Shown piece by piece: positions 21,424-31,164 of a stretch of DNA of 64,000 nt. A model generated the notes under the pieces. It made no database searches and was not told where the DNA came from. It saw nothing but the letters and a program-made list of their open reading frames with translations. Position 1 is the stretch's first letter; the number at the start of each line of letters is the position of its first letter. The translations under genes were made by a program, and so were the position numbers. Origin of the DNA: Candidatus Thorarchaeota archaeon (lineage in GTDB: Archaea; Asgardarchaeota; Thorarchaeia; Thorarchaeales; Thorarchaeaceae); the NCBI GenBank assembly GCA_011364985.1, contig RDOC01000002.1, forward strand, positions 189,424-253,423, read 5' to 3'.

Positions 21424-21783
21424 ATGAACGATACTATCAGAGCTTATTGTGGACTCTGGTGTTCATCATGTCCTGCATATCTTGCTTACATCAACGATGA
21501 TGACAAGATTCGACAAGAAACTGCAGAGAAGTGGAATAGCCCTGACTTTCCAGTTTCTCCAGAAACCTTGGATTGTGCTGGATGCAAATCAGATGGACCA
21601 CACTTCGCATTTGTTTCTAATTGCCCAGTCCATCAATGTGCCCACCAACATGGTGTGGAAACCTGTGCGCACTGTGAAGACTATGGATGCGATATCCTAC
21701 AAGAATGGTTCGCAAAGGCTGGGGACGAGCACAGAAAGAACCTAGAGCGATATAGGGCATCTCTCGGTTTCCAGACACCATAA
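21424..21783 (+). CDS. DUF3795-like Cys-rich protein
   Basis: AYCGLWCSSC...CAGC...C..HQCA...CAHC..YGC pattern. Confidence 0.85.
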   Translation: MNDTIRAYCGLWCSSCPAYLAYINDDDKIRQETAEKWNSPDFPVSPETLDCAGCKSDGPHFAFVSNCPVHQCAHQHGVETCAHCEDYGCDILQEWFAKAGDEHRKNLERYRASLGFQTP

Positions 21784-21908
21784 CATGCAAAACGGATTGA
21801 ACATCACACCACGTTATGCTGAAATGTATTTGCTTTGGCTGTCTCTTTGTTTCACACAGCTTAAGCATAATACTCAAAACTGTCCAAGGAACCTCGCTAG
21901 TAAAGAGG

Positions 21909-22221
21909 GTGCAGCGGCCCACGATGTATCGTCTGTCCTTTCTCCAACAGGCATAATCGAAGCGTTTCTCGAAGCGGCACCCTCTGAGGCTCCACCACTC
22001 ATCCTTAGAGCTGTTCCCGCCAGGGCCTGACTCGATTCGGATGTCTAAGGTGATCACAACAAACCTACGAATGTTGCTTCGCCCGTGACAGACTTCAGAG
22101 ACCACTCGTCAACGTCCCGCAACGAAACCTGCTAGGGTCGGGGTTCAGCCTCCACGGTGTTACTGGCGCCACTATTGCCATGTGGTCGCAGCCGCGGCAA
22201 ACGACCCGCCCTGCCCGCTGC
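21909..22221 (-). ncRNA. ffs: Archaeal SRP (7S) RNA
   Basis: About 313 nt; helix 1 GCAGCGG/CCGCTGC; Alu helices GGTCG/CGACC and TGGC/GCCA with complementary loops GCCGC/GTGGC; helix 6 GTAG (GNAR) loop; helix 8 CAGGCCC-TGGC-GGGAACAG. Confidence 0.85.
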
Positions 22222-22297
22222 GTTTTGCACTTTCCACGGTTCCCCCTAAAAACGTTGTCAATTGTTTCTCTGATGGGAAAAGCCAATAGCCTAAAGC

Positions 22298-24094
22298 CTA
22301 GATGAAAGCCCCAGCTTCACGCCTAATCTGTGTGATTTCCTCTAAGACTTCTCTCTCGGGCGGTGTAATGTCTTCTAGGAACCTCTTCCTTATTGCCAGA
22401 ATATGCTTGTCTGGAATATCCACATAAAGCATATCATCACTTTTTACTTGCCGACCTATAGTTGGGCCTCTGATAGATACCGCTACTTCCATACCATCTG
22501 TGGCTTCTTCTATCACAACGTTCCTGTCTTGAATTTGGAGAATTGTACCAACGCGCTTTCCGTCCGCATTTATGACACCAGTTCTTGGTTTGATGAGACC
22601 ATGAACTTTAACGCCCACAATGGCTGGATTCTTCTGTCTGAATACATAATCTGGCATAAGCTCAAGCTTTCCTGGACGAATAATAGAGCTCAACGAGTCT
22701 GCCTTTGCCTGTTCACGTTTTACAATTACCCAAGCGTTGTATTCATCATATAATCGGTAAATGACCTGATTGAGAAAGACCTCTACTCCATACTCAGCAG
22801 CCAAATCCTCAATATCAGGAGCAAACTTCACATTGAAACCGAGCACCACAGCATTTAGAGGGTCCTCGCCACCTGCCGCGCTTGCCTCAACTATATCCCG
22901 TTTTACGATTGGTCCAACATCAGCCACACGTACTGGTACTTTCCTATCTTGTAGAAATATGGTGACAGCCTCAAGAGAACCCAACGTATCCGTCTTCACA
23001 ACGATACCTGAGGAGTCGCGCTGAATACGAATTGCATCGACTTCATCTTTCACTTTTTGTTTGATTGTTTCAAGCTGGTCCAAGTCTTGAACTGCATAGA
23101 CCGGCGCACCTGCAACTGCTCCTTCTATATCTGGGGCTACTATCTTGACTCCCGCTGCAGCATGAACAACATCTACGGGAATGAATTTCTCCTTAGGGTC
23201 TCGAATTTCATCAAGTGCTCTTGGCTGGAGTAAAGCCCTAATCTTCGCAACAATAGTGTCGTCTAGCCCCCCTACAACAATGGTGTCTGTTTTTCTTAGA
23301 ATACCGTCATAGATGATCGTGTCTAGAGTTATTCCAAGACCAGTTTCTTCACGTACCTCCAAAATTGCTCCTTTTGCGGGCCCTTGGGAAACTGCTAATC
23401 TGTCTTTCATGTATTGCTGTGTCAGTCCCGATAACACCATCAGCAGTTCGGGTATACCTTCTCCAGTCTTTGCGCTGGTGGGTACTATCGCAACAGACTT
23501 CCTGAAATCCTTGACTCTATCGAAGCGTTCTGACTCATAACCATTGGCAGATAATGATCCTACAATTTCATAAATTCGTCTGTCTACTTCATTCTGAGTC
23601 GATGTTCCCTGTGATTTTATTGCCTGTATGAGTCCTACTCCCTGTTTCGTTCTCCAACCTGGTACCTTATCGAGCTTGTTTGCAGCTACGAGAAAAGGGG
23701 TTCGGCCTGATTGCAGTATCTTGAGCGATTCATAGGTCTGCGTGAGAGCTCCCTCATTCAAATCTACAACCAAAATTGCTATGTCTGCAATAGCTCCTCC
23801 ACGTCGACGAAGGTTGAGATACGCCTCATGACCAGGTGTATCGATAAAGAGAAGTCCATCAATCGTCAATTCCGTTTTCACAGCTTTAAGCAAGTCGCCA
23901 CAGATAGACTGGATTGTTTCGGTCGGAAAAAAGGAGGCGCCAATGTGCTGGGTTATTCCAGCAGCTTCTCTATCTTGAACTGCAGTACCTCGCATTTTGT
24001 CCAGAAGTGAGGTTTTACCATGATCAATATGCCCAAGCACAGTGACAATAGGAGAACGAAGTTTCAAGTCTTTCTTTGTTTCCATTTTGGACAT
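22298..24094 (-). CDS. infB: Translation initiation factor aIF5B (IF-2)
   Basis: LRSPIVTVLGHIDHGKT, GITQHIGA, DTPGHE, NKLD. Confidence 0.98.
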   Translation of the reverse strand: MSKMETKKDLKLRSPIVTVLGHIDHGKTSLLDKMRGTAVQDREAAGITQHIGASFFPTETIQSICGDLLKAVKTELTIDGLLFIDTPGHEAYLNLRRRGGAIADIAILVVDLNEGALTQTYESLKILQSGRTPFLVAANKLDKVPGWRTKQGVGLIQAIKSQGTSTQNEVDRRIYEIVGSLSANGYESERFDRVKDFRKSVAIVPTSAKTGEGIPELLMVLSGLTQQYMKDRLAVSQGPAKGAILEVREETGLGITLDTIIYDGILRKTDTIVVGGLDDTIVAKIRALLQPRALDEIRDPKEKFIPVDVVHAAAGVKIVAPDIEGAVAGAPVYAVQDLDQLETIKQKVKDEVDAIRIQRDSSGIVVKTDTLGSLEAVTIFLQDRKVPVRVADVGPIVKRDIVEASAAGGEDPLNAVVLGFNVKFAPDIEDLAAEYGVEVFLNQVIYRLYDEYNAWVIVKREQAKADSLSSIIRPGKLELMPDYVFRQKNPAIVGVKVHGLIKPRTGVINADGKRVGTILQIQDRNVVIEEATDGMEVAVSIRGPTIGRQVKSDDMLYVDIPDKHILAIRKRFLEDITPPEREVLEEITQIRREAGAFI

Positions 24095-24260
24095 TTAGAG
24101 CACCTCACAAGTAGACTTATTCTCCGCCATCTAACCTATGTTTATCAAAGTGTCGCTAGTAGCTTCAGAATGTCGTGCAAAACTGACGGCATAAGTCACA
24201 AGGCTAAAATACTCAAGACATTCGGTCGCCGTCAAACAAGGACAATGACGTGGTGAAGCA

Positions 24261-24923
24261 ATGGAACAATCTCTTGTTATAATCAAACCAGATGGAACAA
24301 TTAGAAGAGCAGTAGGCGCTCGAGTTCTAAAGGCGTTAATGGAAAGGGGATATCATGTTCAGGCCTTCAAAGAGATGAACGTATCTGATGAACTTGCCAA
24401 GAAGCATTATGCAATACACTCTGAGAAGTCATTTTTCCCTTGGCTTGTTCAGTTCATTACTTCAGCTAGAGTCTTGGCAATGGTGCTTGAAGCTGATTCT
24501 GTCATTGATGGCGTAAGAGAGGCGCTTGGCGCTACTTTCGTACAAAAAGCTTCTCCGGAATCACTTAGAGGAAAATATGGTACTTGGGCCGGTGTCAATA
24601 TTGCACACGCTTCTGATTCTCCTGAAACAGCTGTCACGGAAATTGAACTGTGGAAGACTGAAGGCGGTCTTCAAATATCCAATCAGGCCGAAGCAGAGGC
24701 AAAGCAGTACATCAATAGATACTCTTCGAATGACTTCAATAATACTCTAGAAATTCGAGAAACCGTCAAAAAGGCAATTGAGGAAGGCAATACTTCCCAG
24801 AATGTTCTGCTGACTCTTCAGAAACTATATGGGATGGACGCTGAAGGAGTTCCTGAGTCGGAGGTCGCCGCCCTTGCAAAGGCGGTATTCGACTTCATTA
24901 TTGAAGAGGTTGAAAAGAAATAG
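24261..24923 (+). CDS. ndk: Nucleoside diphosphate kinase with ~80-aa C-terminal extension
   Basis: IIKPDG, HY..H..K.FF, LGAT, SLRGKYG, NIAHASDS (catalytic His). Confidence 0.9.
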   Translation: MEQSLVIIKPDGTIRRAVGARVLKALMERGYHVQAFKEMNVSDELAKKHYAIHSEKSFFPWLVQFITSARVLAMVLEADSVIDGVREALGATFVQKASPESLRGKYGTWAGVNIAHASDSPETAVTEIELWKTEGGLQISNQAEAEAKQYINRYSSNDFNNTLEIRETVKKAIEEGNTSQNVLLTLQKLYGMDAEGVPESEVAALAKAVFDFIIEEVEKK

Positions 24924-24930
24924 AATGAAT

Positions 24931-24954
24931 GGTGGCAGGCCGGTGCCACCTTTT
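24931..24954. terminator. Hairpin between convergent ndk and rpl24e
   Basis: GGTGGCA-GGCCGG-TGCCACC-TTTT. Confidence 0.6.
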
Positions 24955-24979
24955 CATCAGTCCTTCAACTTCTGTAGTA

Positions 24980-25180
24980 CTAACGCTTAGTCTTTCCACC
25001 TTTTTCGAAGCCTGTAGTCCACTTCGTGTCCCTTGGCTTCATTCGGCGCTTCAGCCTAGCAGTTTTGCACTTGTTAGAGCAGAACCATAGGACTGCTCCA
25101 TCCTTGGTCTGCACGTAGGCTAATCCTGTTCCCGGCTCAATGTCCTTTCCACAGAACACGCATTTCTGAGTACCCACCAA
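24980..25180 (-). CDS. rpl24e: 50S ribosomal protein L24e
   Basis: CVFCG..IEPGTG...FCSNKC...KWT. Confidence 0.96.
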   Translation of the reverse strand: MVGTQKCVFCGKDIEPGTGLAYVQTKDGAVLWFCSNKCKTARLKRRMKPRDTKWTTGFEKGGKTKR

Positions 25181-25184
25181 TAGA

Positions 25185-25415
25185 CTATCGCCTCCTCATT
25201 TTGCGTGCTTCGCGTTCAGTTTCTCTGAGAATCAGAATATCCCCCATTCTAACTGGTCCTTTTACATTGCGCGTTAAGACACGGCCCTTATCCCTGCCAT
25301 CAAGTATTTTGACACGCACTTGAGTGATTTCTCCTGTGACGCCAGTACGTCCTAGAAGCTGAATCACCTCGGCAGGAATTGATGGGGTTTCAACTTCATC
25401 TTCTTTCTTACTCAT
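25185..25415 (-). CDS. rps28e: 30S ribosomal protein S28e
   Basis: [14 protein letters not shown]...[21 protein letters not shown]. Confidence 0.97.
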   Translation of the reverse strand: MSKKEDEVETPSIPAEVIQLLGRTGVTGEITQVRVKILDGRDKGRVLTRNVKGPVRMGDILILRETEREARKMRRR

Positions 25416-25437
25416 TAGAAGCCATCACCTGAGAGTA

Positions 25438-25809
25438 TTACTTCCGCAGGGCATTGACCTTGCTAACAATATCATCAACAAGATCCTTTGCTTTCCCCTC
25501 AACAATGATTGCAACCGCTGCAGTCGGTCTTTCGATACCAGCAGCTGCTCCAAGGTTCTTCTTGCTAGACACAAAGATGTATGGGGCTTTCCTATCATCA
25601 CATAGCCCTGGAAGGTACATTATTACCTCTTGAGGCTCTACGTCTTCAGCGATAATCACAAGACGAGCAATTCCACGTTCAATGCTCTTTGTGGTTTCGT
25701 TAATTCCTTTCTTGATACGACCTGTATCTTTTGCTACCTCTAATGCTTCAAGAGACTTCTTCTGAAGCTCCTCGGTAGGTTCCCATTCGATAAATGAAGG
25801 CTTTGGCAT
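25438..25809 (-). CDS. rpl7ae: 50S ribosomal protein L7Ae
   Basis: GRIKKGINETTKSIERG, IAEDVEP, LGAAAG. Confidence 0.97.
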   Translation of the reverse strand: MPKPSFIEWEPTEELQKKSLEALEVAKDTGRIKKGINETTKSIERGIARLVIIAEDVEPQEVIMYLPGLCDDRKAPYIFVSSKKNLGAAAGIERPTAAVAIIVEGKAKDLVDDIVSKVNALRK

Positions 25810-25942
25810 AAATAACACCTCAGTTATTCACATCATTGGTATGAAATTTCTAACCATTACACACAGACACATGTGTTTCTTGCGCCCAATCTCCTATTTC
25901 TTTTAAAATTGTCGAAGTGTCAATGGATATGGAAATTATAAG

Positions 25943-26935
25943 CTAGTATCCAAGATCATCCAAGGCCTTGATGAGCTCAATATCTTCTATTCCCAAATAA
26001 TCTAGAACCGAGTATCGGTCTCTATTTCGCATAATGTCTAGTCCATGATGGATGTGTTGAATGAATTGGTTCTGAGGCATTTCCAGATCCTTCAGGCTAT
26101 GTGGCATTTGCCTGTCAACAAGGAATTGATGGATTGTTCTCGCATCATGGTCGCTATAACCTGCCTTGGTCAGAAAATACAGACACAGAGGCGTGGTAAA
26201 GGCAACTTGCAGACCATGGAGTTCATTGCAATCTCGGTCCATTGCATGTGATATCGCATGCTCTGTACCGGAACACGGCCGTGAGCTGCCAAATACGCTC
26301 ATGGCTCTTCCTGCATCAATAAGTGCTCTAATGAGTGTTTGGAGGCTCTGTTCTTTTAGTACAGACTCTAATGCAGATCTAACAAGGCTGTAGGCTCTTC
26401 TGTCAAAGGGTTCCTCATGTTCCTTATGAGCAAGTTCCCACTCAGCCAGACTAGATGCTTTGCAAACAATGTCTCCAAGTCCTGCAAGCCTAAGTCTTGG
26501 CGGAGCTTTCTCTATTATGGAAAGGTCAGCGATAATTCCGACAGGACTCTTGCATCTCTCAGAATATCGATATTCATTATGACTCACAGAAGCCACGTTG
26601 CTGGCAATTCCGTCATGAGATGCCGCTGTTGGAACTGCAATCCAATCAAGTCCTGTGTCTCTAGCCAAGAGCTTTGCAGTGTCCAAGCTTCGACCTCCAC
26701 CGAACCCCAGAATGATGTCTTTTCCTGTCATCTTGGACATCTTCCCCGCTTCATATTCTGAAACGAGTAGCCAAGTCTGTTCTGATCCTACGAGAAGCTC
26801 CACCGTTGACTGATACTCGTGTAGAAGCGTTTTGTCTGTGACAAAGACAGGCTGTCTGTAATCTTCCAAAAAGTCATCTACTTTGCTTAGTGCTCCTTTT
26901 GTTATTACAATGAATCGGGGGTCTGCATTTGACAT
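25943..26935 (-). CDS. egsA: sn-glycerol-1-phosphate dehydrogenase
   Basis: GGGRSLDTAK, PTAASHDGIAS, SRPCSGTEHAISHA, LHGLQV. Confidence 0.9.
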   Translation of the reverse strand: MSNADPRFIVITKGALSKVDDFLEDYRQPVFVTDKTLLHEYQSTVELLVGSEQTWLLVSEYEAGKMSKMTGKDIILGFGGGRSLDTAKLLARDTGLDWIAVPTAASHDGIASNVASVSHNEYRYSERCKSPVGIIADLSIIEKAPPRLRLAGLGDIVCKASSLAEWELAHKEHEEPFDRRAYSLVRSALESVLKEQSLQTLIRALIDAGRAMSVFGSSRPCSGTEHAISHAMDRDCNELHGLQVAFTTPLCLYFLTKAGYSDHDARTIHQFLVDRQMPHSLKDLEMPQNQFIQHIHHGLDIMRNRDRYSVLDYLGIEDIELIKALDDLGY

Positions 26936-27090
26936 TTGACAAGCTCCTCGGTTTCGAAGGGTCACTTAAGCGGTATGCTTTGCCATCACAGATGACTGTT
27001 AAGCTCTTCTATGACGCGCCTTTCAGGTGTTTTTCTCAGCAACCTTAAGTATAGGACGGGACGGCTTTTGCGATTATCAGTCAGTGTTAC

Positions 27091-27657
27091 GTGGAAAACA
27101 CATTAGCTATTATGTTTCTCATCCAGCACGAATATGACGAACCATTTGAGGTTCAAAACATGACTCGATACTTGAAGGTCGCCCTCATGGGCTCAGGATA
27201 TGCGGGCAAGTCCACGTTGATTAGGTTGCTGACTGATAAGACTGAGAAACTACAGGTGAATTATCAGCCCACTGCCGGAATGGACTGTGGTACAATCACT
27301 CTTGATGGATCCACCAAAGTGTCGCTAGTAGAAATGGGCGGCCAATCCCATTTCGAGTTCATGTGGGCAGACCTGATGAAGGGTAGTAGGATGGTCGTTG
27401 TTGTTACCGAGAGCAATCCCAAGGCAGTCCTAAAGACACGTCAGCTATTACAAAAATACAAGAAAGATATTGATGGCATACAGATAATTGCAATTGCCAA
27501 CAAACAGGATCTTCCTGGTTCAATGAAGCCTGAGAGCGTTCAAGACCTATTGGGGGTCCCAACCTACGGCATGGTCGCTATTGATCCAAAACAGCGATTG
27601 AATGGATATAAGCTCATTCTAAACGGTCTCAAGGACTTGATTCAAGTAGCAGCATAG
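27091..27657 (+). CDS. Small GTPase (Ras superfamily, Arf/Rab/MglA-like); start may be 27160
   Basis: GSGYAGKST, PT (G2), EMGGQ (G3 variant), NKQD. Confidence 0.88.
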   Translation: MENTLAIMFLIQHEYDEPFEVQNMTRYLKVALMGSGYAGKSTLIRLLTDKTEKLQVNYQPTAGMDCGTITLDGSTKVSLVEMGGQSHFEFMWADLMKGSRMVVVVTESNPKAVLKTRQLLQKYKKDIDGIQIIAIANKQDLPGSMKPESVQDLLGVPTYGMVAIDPKQRLNGYKLILNGLKDLIQVAA

Positions 27658-27829
27658 ATGAATCTTGCAATTGAATTTTTTCGGTATAAAAGACAACGCT
27701 TTTATACAGACATACTTTTGAGCAAGTTGCCCAGGGCACGGGCGACTGAGCCACACGACATACTTGTTCTGTAGCGAGTCCGTCCGGGATAATGTGTTTT
27801 GGGTGAATACCCCACGGTCAGGTGAGCCA

Positions 27830-28630
27830 ATGGAGATCACTATTATTCACAGGCAGGATGATGTTATTCACTTTCTAGCTGAAGGCATCAATGTCTCATT
27901 TGCCAATGCTCTTCGCAGGACTATGCTTACGAGAGTTCCTGCAATGGCAATTGATGAGGTACTGGTTCTTGAGAATACAAGTGTAATGTATGATGAAATT
28001 CTTGCCCATAGAATGGGGCTAGTGCCTCTGGTTACTGACCTAGAGAGCTACAATCTTCCTCAAGATTGCGATTGTGAAGGGAAAGGGTGTAGTCTTTGTC
28101 AATGCACACTTACCTTGGAGAAAGAAGCTGGCAGTGAGGAAGTGGTGGTTTATTCTGGTGATCTTACATCCCAAGATCCGAAAGTCACAGTTGCATCAGA
28201 CAAGATACCGTTGGTGAAACTTGCTCAGAATCAGCGACTAATCATTGAAGCCTATGCTCGCTTGGGCACTGGCCTTGAAAACGCCAAGTTTCAGCCAGTA
28301 TCTACGGTCTCGTATAAGTACGTCCCAATTGTTGAAGTTGAGGAATCCAAGTGCACCAAATGCGAAGCCTGTGTAGAGGTATGTCCAAAGAAGATCTTCA
28401 AAATCAATGGTGATGTTATAACAACCCAGAGTACTCTTGATTGTAGTATGTGTGAAATATGCGTTCAGGAGTGTGAGCCTGGCGCCATAACAATCGGGTC
28501 AAAGAATGATGCTTTTCTCTTTAAGGTCGAGTCTACAGGGGCTTTGAGCCCTGAAACAATCGTTGAGAAGGCAAGCGAGATTCTGAAGGAAAGAGTCCGT
28601 GTGGCCCTTGACTTTGCAGGTACATTGTGA
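27830..28630 (+). CDS. rpoD: RNA polymerase subunit D (Rpo3) with Fe-S ferredoxin-like insert
   Basis: FANALRRTML, DEILAHRMGLVP, AKFQPV; two CxxCxxCxxxC motifs; SD AGGTGA. Confidence 0.97.
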   Translation: MEITIIHRQDDVIHFLAEGINVSFANALRRTMLTRVPAMAIDEVLVLENTSVMYDEILAHRMGLVPLVTDLESYNLPQDCDCEGKGCSLCQCTLTLEKEAGSEEVVVYSGDLTSQDPKVTVASDKIPLVKLAQNQRLIIEAYARLGTGLENAKFQPVSTVSYKYVPIVEVEESKCTKCEACVEVCPKKIFKINGDVITTQSTLDCSMCEICVQECEPGAITIGSKNDAFLFKVESTGALSPETIVEKASEILKERVRVALDFAGTL

Positions 28631-28641
28631 GGTGAGCTGAG

Positions 28642-29004
28642 ATGATAAAAACGGGGAGTACTGATCCCAACACACGCGCACTGATTAATGCACTTCATAG
28701 AACATCGATAAAGCACGATGCGAGTATTTGGAAGAGAGTTGCGGAACTAGTTGCTAGACCCGCAAAGAAACGCTGTATAGTAAATGTTGGGAAAATCGAA
28801 CGCCATACGCGTCCTGGTGACATAGTTGTCATTCCCGGGAAGGTATTGGGTTCTGGAAGTCTTTCTCACAAAGTGACAGTTGCTGCTCTGAACGCTTCAA
28901 CCTCTGCACGTTCGGTAATAGTTGATGCTGGCGGATCGCTAATCACGATTCCTGAGTTATTAAAGCAGAGCCCAAAGGGCAAAGGAGTCACAATAATAAT
29001 ATAG
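28642..29004 (+). CDS. rpl18e: 50S ribosomal protein L18e
   Basis: WKRVAE, VNVGKI, VIPGKVLGSG. Confidence 0.96.
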   Translation: MIKTGSTDPNTRALINALHRTSIKHDASIWKRVAELVARPAKKRCIVNVGKIERHTRPGDIVVIPGKVLGSGSLSHKVTVAALNASTSARSVIVDAGGSLITIPELLKQSPKGKGVTIII

Positions 29005-29013
29005 GTGATATCA

Positions 29014-29466
29014 ATGGGCGATCAAGAAATCAAGGTTTACGATGCTGAGAACATAGTCCTTGGACGATTGGCTTCTAAGGTCGCTAAAGCTGCTCTGCTT
29101 GGCGAATATATTGTGATTGTCAATGTCGAAAAGGCAATCATTACTGGGGACAAACATACTGTAATCAAAGCCTTCAAACAGAAGCACAACATTCGCACCT
29201 CATACAATCCTCGAAAAGGACCTTTTCATGAGCGCCGACCGGACAAAATGGTCCGCAAAATGATAAGAGGGATGCTGCCTTGGCCAAAGCCTCGAGGAAA
29301 GGAGGCATATAAACGCATTCAGGTCTTCATTGGAGTTCCCACCAAGTTCACGGATTCAGAGAAGATTGTACTCGAAGCTTCGAAGTATCATAGTCTTAAA
29401 CAAAAGTACATCACCATCCAAGACTTGAGTCACGAGCTTGGATGGAGAAACCCGGAGGTTGCATAA
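29014..29466 (+). CDS. rpl13: 50S ribosomal protein L13
   Basis: DAENIVLGRLASKVAK, IRGMLP. Confidence 0.96.
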   Translation: MGDQEIKVYDAENIVLGRLASKVAKAALLGEYIVIVNVEKAIITGDKHTVIKAFKQKHNIRTSYNPRKGPFHERRPDKMVRKMIRGMLPWPKPRGKEAYKRIQVFIGVPTKFTDSEKIVLEASKYHSLKQKYITIQDLSHELGWRNPEVA

Positions 29467-29467
29467 A

Positions 29468-29872
29468 GTGGCTGTAAAAGTAGTTGTTACCACTGGAAAG
29501 CGAAAGACCTCTTTAGCAAAGGCCACAATAAAAAATGGCAGTGGCAGAATTCGTATCAATGGTCGTCCTCTTGAGGTCTATCAGCCGGAGATTGCCAAGA
29601 TGCGCATAATGGAACCCCTTATCATCTTCGGTGATGATTGGAAGAGATATGACATCAAAGTACGTGTCAGCGGAGGCGGATTCATGAGCCAAGCTGATGC
29701 TGTGAGAATGTCCATAGCAACGAGTCTATTTCGCATAAGCCAAGACTTCGAAGCGCGTTCTAGGATGCTGGAGCATGACCGTACCATGCTTGTGGGCGAC
29801 CCGCGACGTACTGAGCCAAAGAAATTCGGAGGGCCATCAGCACGTTCTCGCTACCAGAAATCATACAGGTGA
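29468..29872 (+). CDS. rps9: 30S ribosomal protein S9
   Basis: GKRKTS, GGGFMSQA, DPRRTEPKKFGG..ARSRYQKSYR. Confidence 0.97.
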   Translation: MAVKVVVTTGKRKTSLAKATIKNGSGRIRINGRPLEVYQPEIAKMRIMEPLIIFGDDWKRYDIKVRVSGGGFMSQADAVRMSIATSLFRISQDFEARSRMLEHDRTMLVGDPRRTEPKKFGGPSARSRYQKSYR

Positions 29873-29881
29873 TGCAATGAA

Positions 29882-30100
29882 ATGATAATTCCAGTACGCT
29901 GTTTCACATGCGGAAAAGTAGTTGCCGACAAATTCGAGCAATTCAAGCGACAAGTACGTCAACAGGAGGATCCAGCAGAGGTTCTAGATAATCTTGGATT
30001 AGACCGGTATTGCTGCAGGAGGATGCTCTTGGCACATATCGACATTATTGACAGCTTTATGGCCTTTGCCACGACGGAAGTTGCGGAGGGTACTCAATGA
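29882..30100 (+). CDS. rpoN: RNA polymerase subunit N (Rpo10)
   Basis: [12 protein letters not shown]...RYCCRRMLL. Confidence 0.98.
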   Translation: MIIPVRCFTCGKVVADKFEQFKRQVRQQEDPAEVLDNLGLDRYCCRRMLLAHIDIIDSFMAFATTEVAEGTQ

Positions 30101-30741
30101 TGAGCGAGACAGAGATTCCAGAAACAGAACCAGAACTGCTAATTGCAATGGACAAGTATCTTGCTGCTGGATGTCATATCGGAACCCAAGTCAAAACTCA
30201 AGATATGGACCCCTTTGTCTACCGACAACGTCCAATTGGTCTTTATGTCCTAGACGTCCGAAAGACTGATGAGAGAATTCGTGCGGCTGCAAAATTCATT
30301 GCAAGATTCGAGTCGTCAAAGATAGCAATTGTTTCTGGGCGTGTTTATGGAAAGCGTCCCGTAGAAACCTTCAGTCACTACATTGGTGCAACCCCCTTCA
30401 CAGAACGCTTTGTGCCTGGAACTTTTACAAATCCAAACATTGCTGGGCCAAGAACCTATGTTGAGCCAGACTTGGTACTCCTAACAGACCCGCGTACTGA
30501 CCAGCAGGCACTTGCCGAAGCGGCTAGAATTGGCATTCCAGTCATCGCCTTGTGTGACACTGACAATCAGACCACAAACGTGGACTTCGTAATTCCATCA
30601 AACAATCGTGGCCGAAAGGCTCTCGCACTTATTTACTTCCTACTTACGAGGCAAGTCCTGAGGGAGCGAGGAGCAATTCCGGAAGATGCGGAACCGGTCT
30701 TCACACCAGAGGACTTCGAACCCCAGATTCAGCGGTTCTGA
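30097..30741 (+). CDS. rps2: 30S ribosomal protein S2
   Basis: [35 protein letters not shown]. Confidence 0.97.
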   Translation: MMSETEIPETEPELLIAMDKYLAAGCHIGTQVKTQDMDPFVYRQRPIGLYVLDVRKTDERIRAAAKFIARFESSKIAIVSGRVYGKRPVETFSHYIGATPFTERFVPGTFTNPNIAGPRTYVEPDLVLLTDPRTDQQALAEAARIGIPVIALCDTDNQTTNVDFVIPSNNRGRKALALIYFLLTRQVLRERGAIPEDAEPVFTPEDFEPQIQRF

Positions 30742-30758
30742 GGGCAAACCCCCTCAGA
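30737..30758. terminator. Hairpin between convergent rps2 and the MVA operon
   Basis: TCTGAGGG-CAAACC-CCCTCAGA. Confidence 0.5.
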
Positions 30759-30768
30759 CTCATCTGAA

Positions 30769-31164
30769 CTACTTCTCAACCATAATTATGCCACGGTCCG
30801 CATCGACCTTGACTTTCCGTCCTGCTTCTATCTTATCGATATCGATTTTGTCAACGGTAGGTATCTCAGAAATAATACTTCCTACTGCTATTACAGGGTC
30901 TGTTTCCTTGTTTATTATGGCAATTGGTGCTTTGTCAGCTTTTTTCAAGGCATAAAGGACGTAGGATCCCACTGTGGAGCCTTTTCCGCTAGGCATCACC
31001 AATACCTTACCGGAAACCGATTTTCCCTCTAGCGGATGGTCTTTCTCCACAACTTCACCAGTTTCCGGATCAACACCCCCATAGAAACTGATATCCACTC
31101 GTGTGACCAGAGTTTCTCCCTCTGCCATGCCCTTGTAGATTCTTCGTCCCTGCAGTTCTATCAT
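30769..31164 (-). CDS. Phosphomevalonate dehydratase small subunit (AcnX swivel domain, DUF126)
   Basis: ISFYGGVDP.TG...HPL.G, GKGSTVGSYV; operon context. Confidence 0.9.
   Translation of the reverse strand: MIELQGRRIYKGMAEGETLVTRVDISFYGGVDPETGEVVEKDHPLEGKSVSGKVLVMPSGKGSTVGSYVLYALKKADKAPIAIINKETDPVIAVGSIISEIPTVDKIDIDKIEAGRKVKVDADRGIIMVEK

Noticed and set aside
21909-22221. RNase P RNA, or the ORFs 21617..22105, 21785..22030 and 22095..22286
   Set aside because: No RNase P P4 consensus (GAGGAAAGUCC / ACAGAA..CGGCUUA) is present; SRP helices explain the region and the ORFs are shadows.
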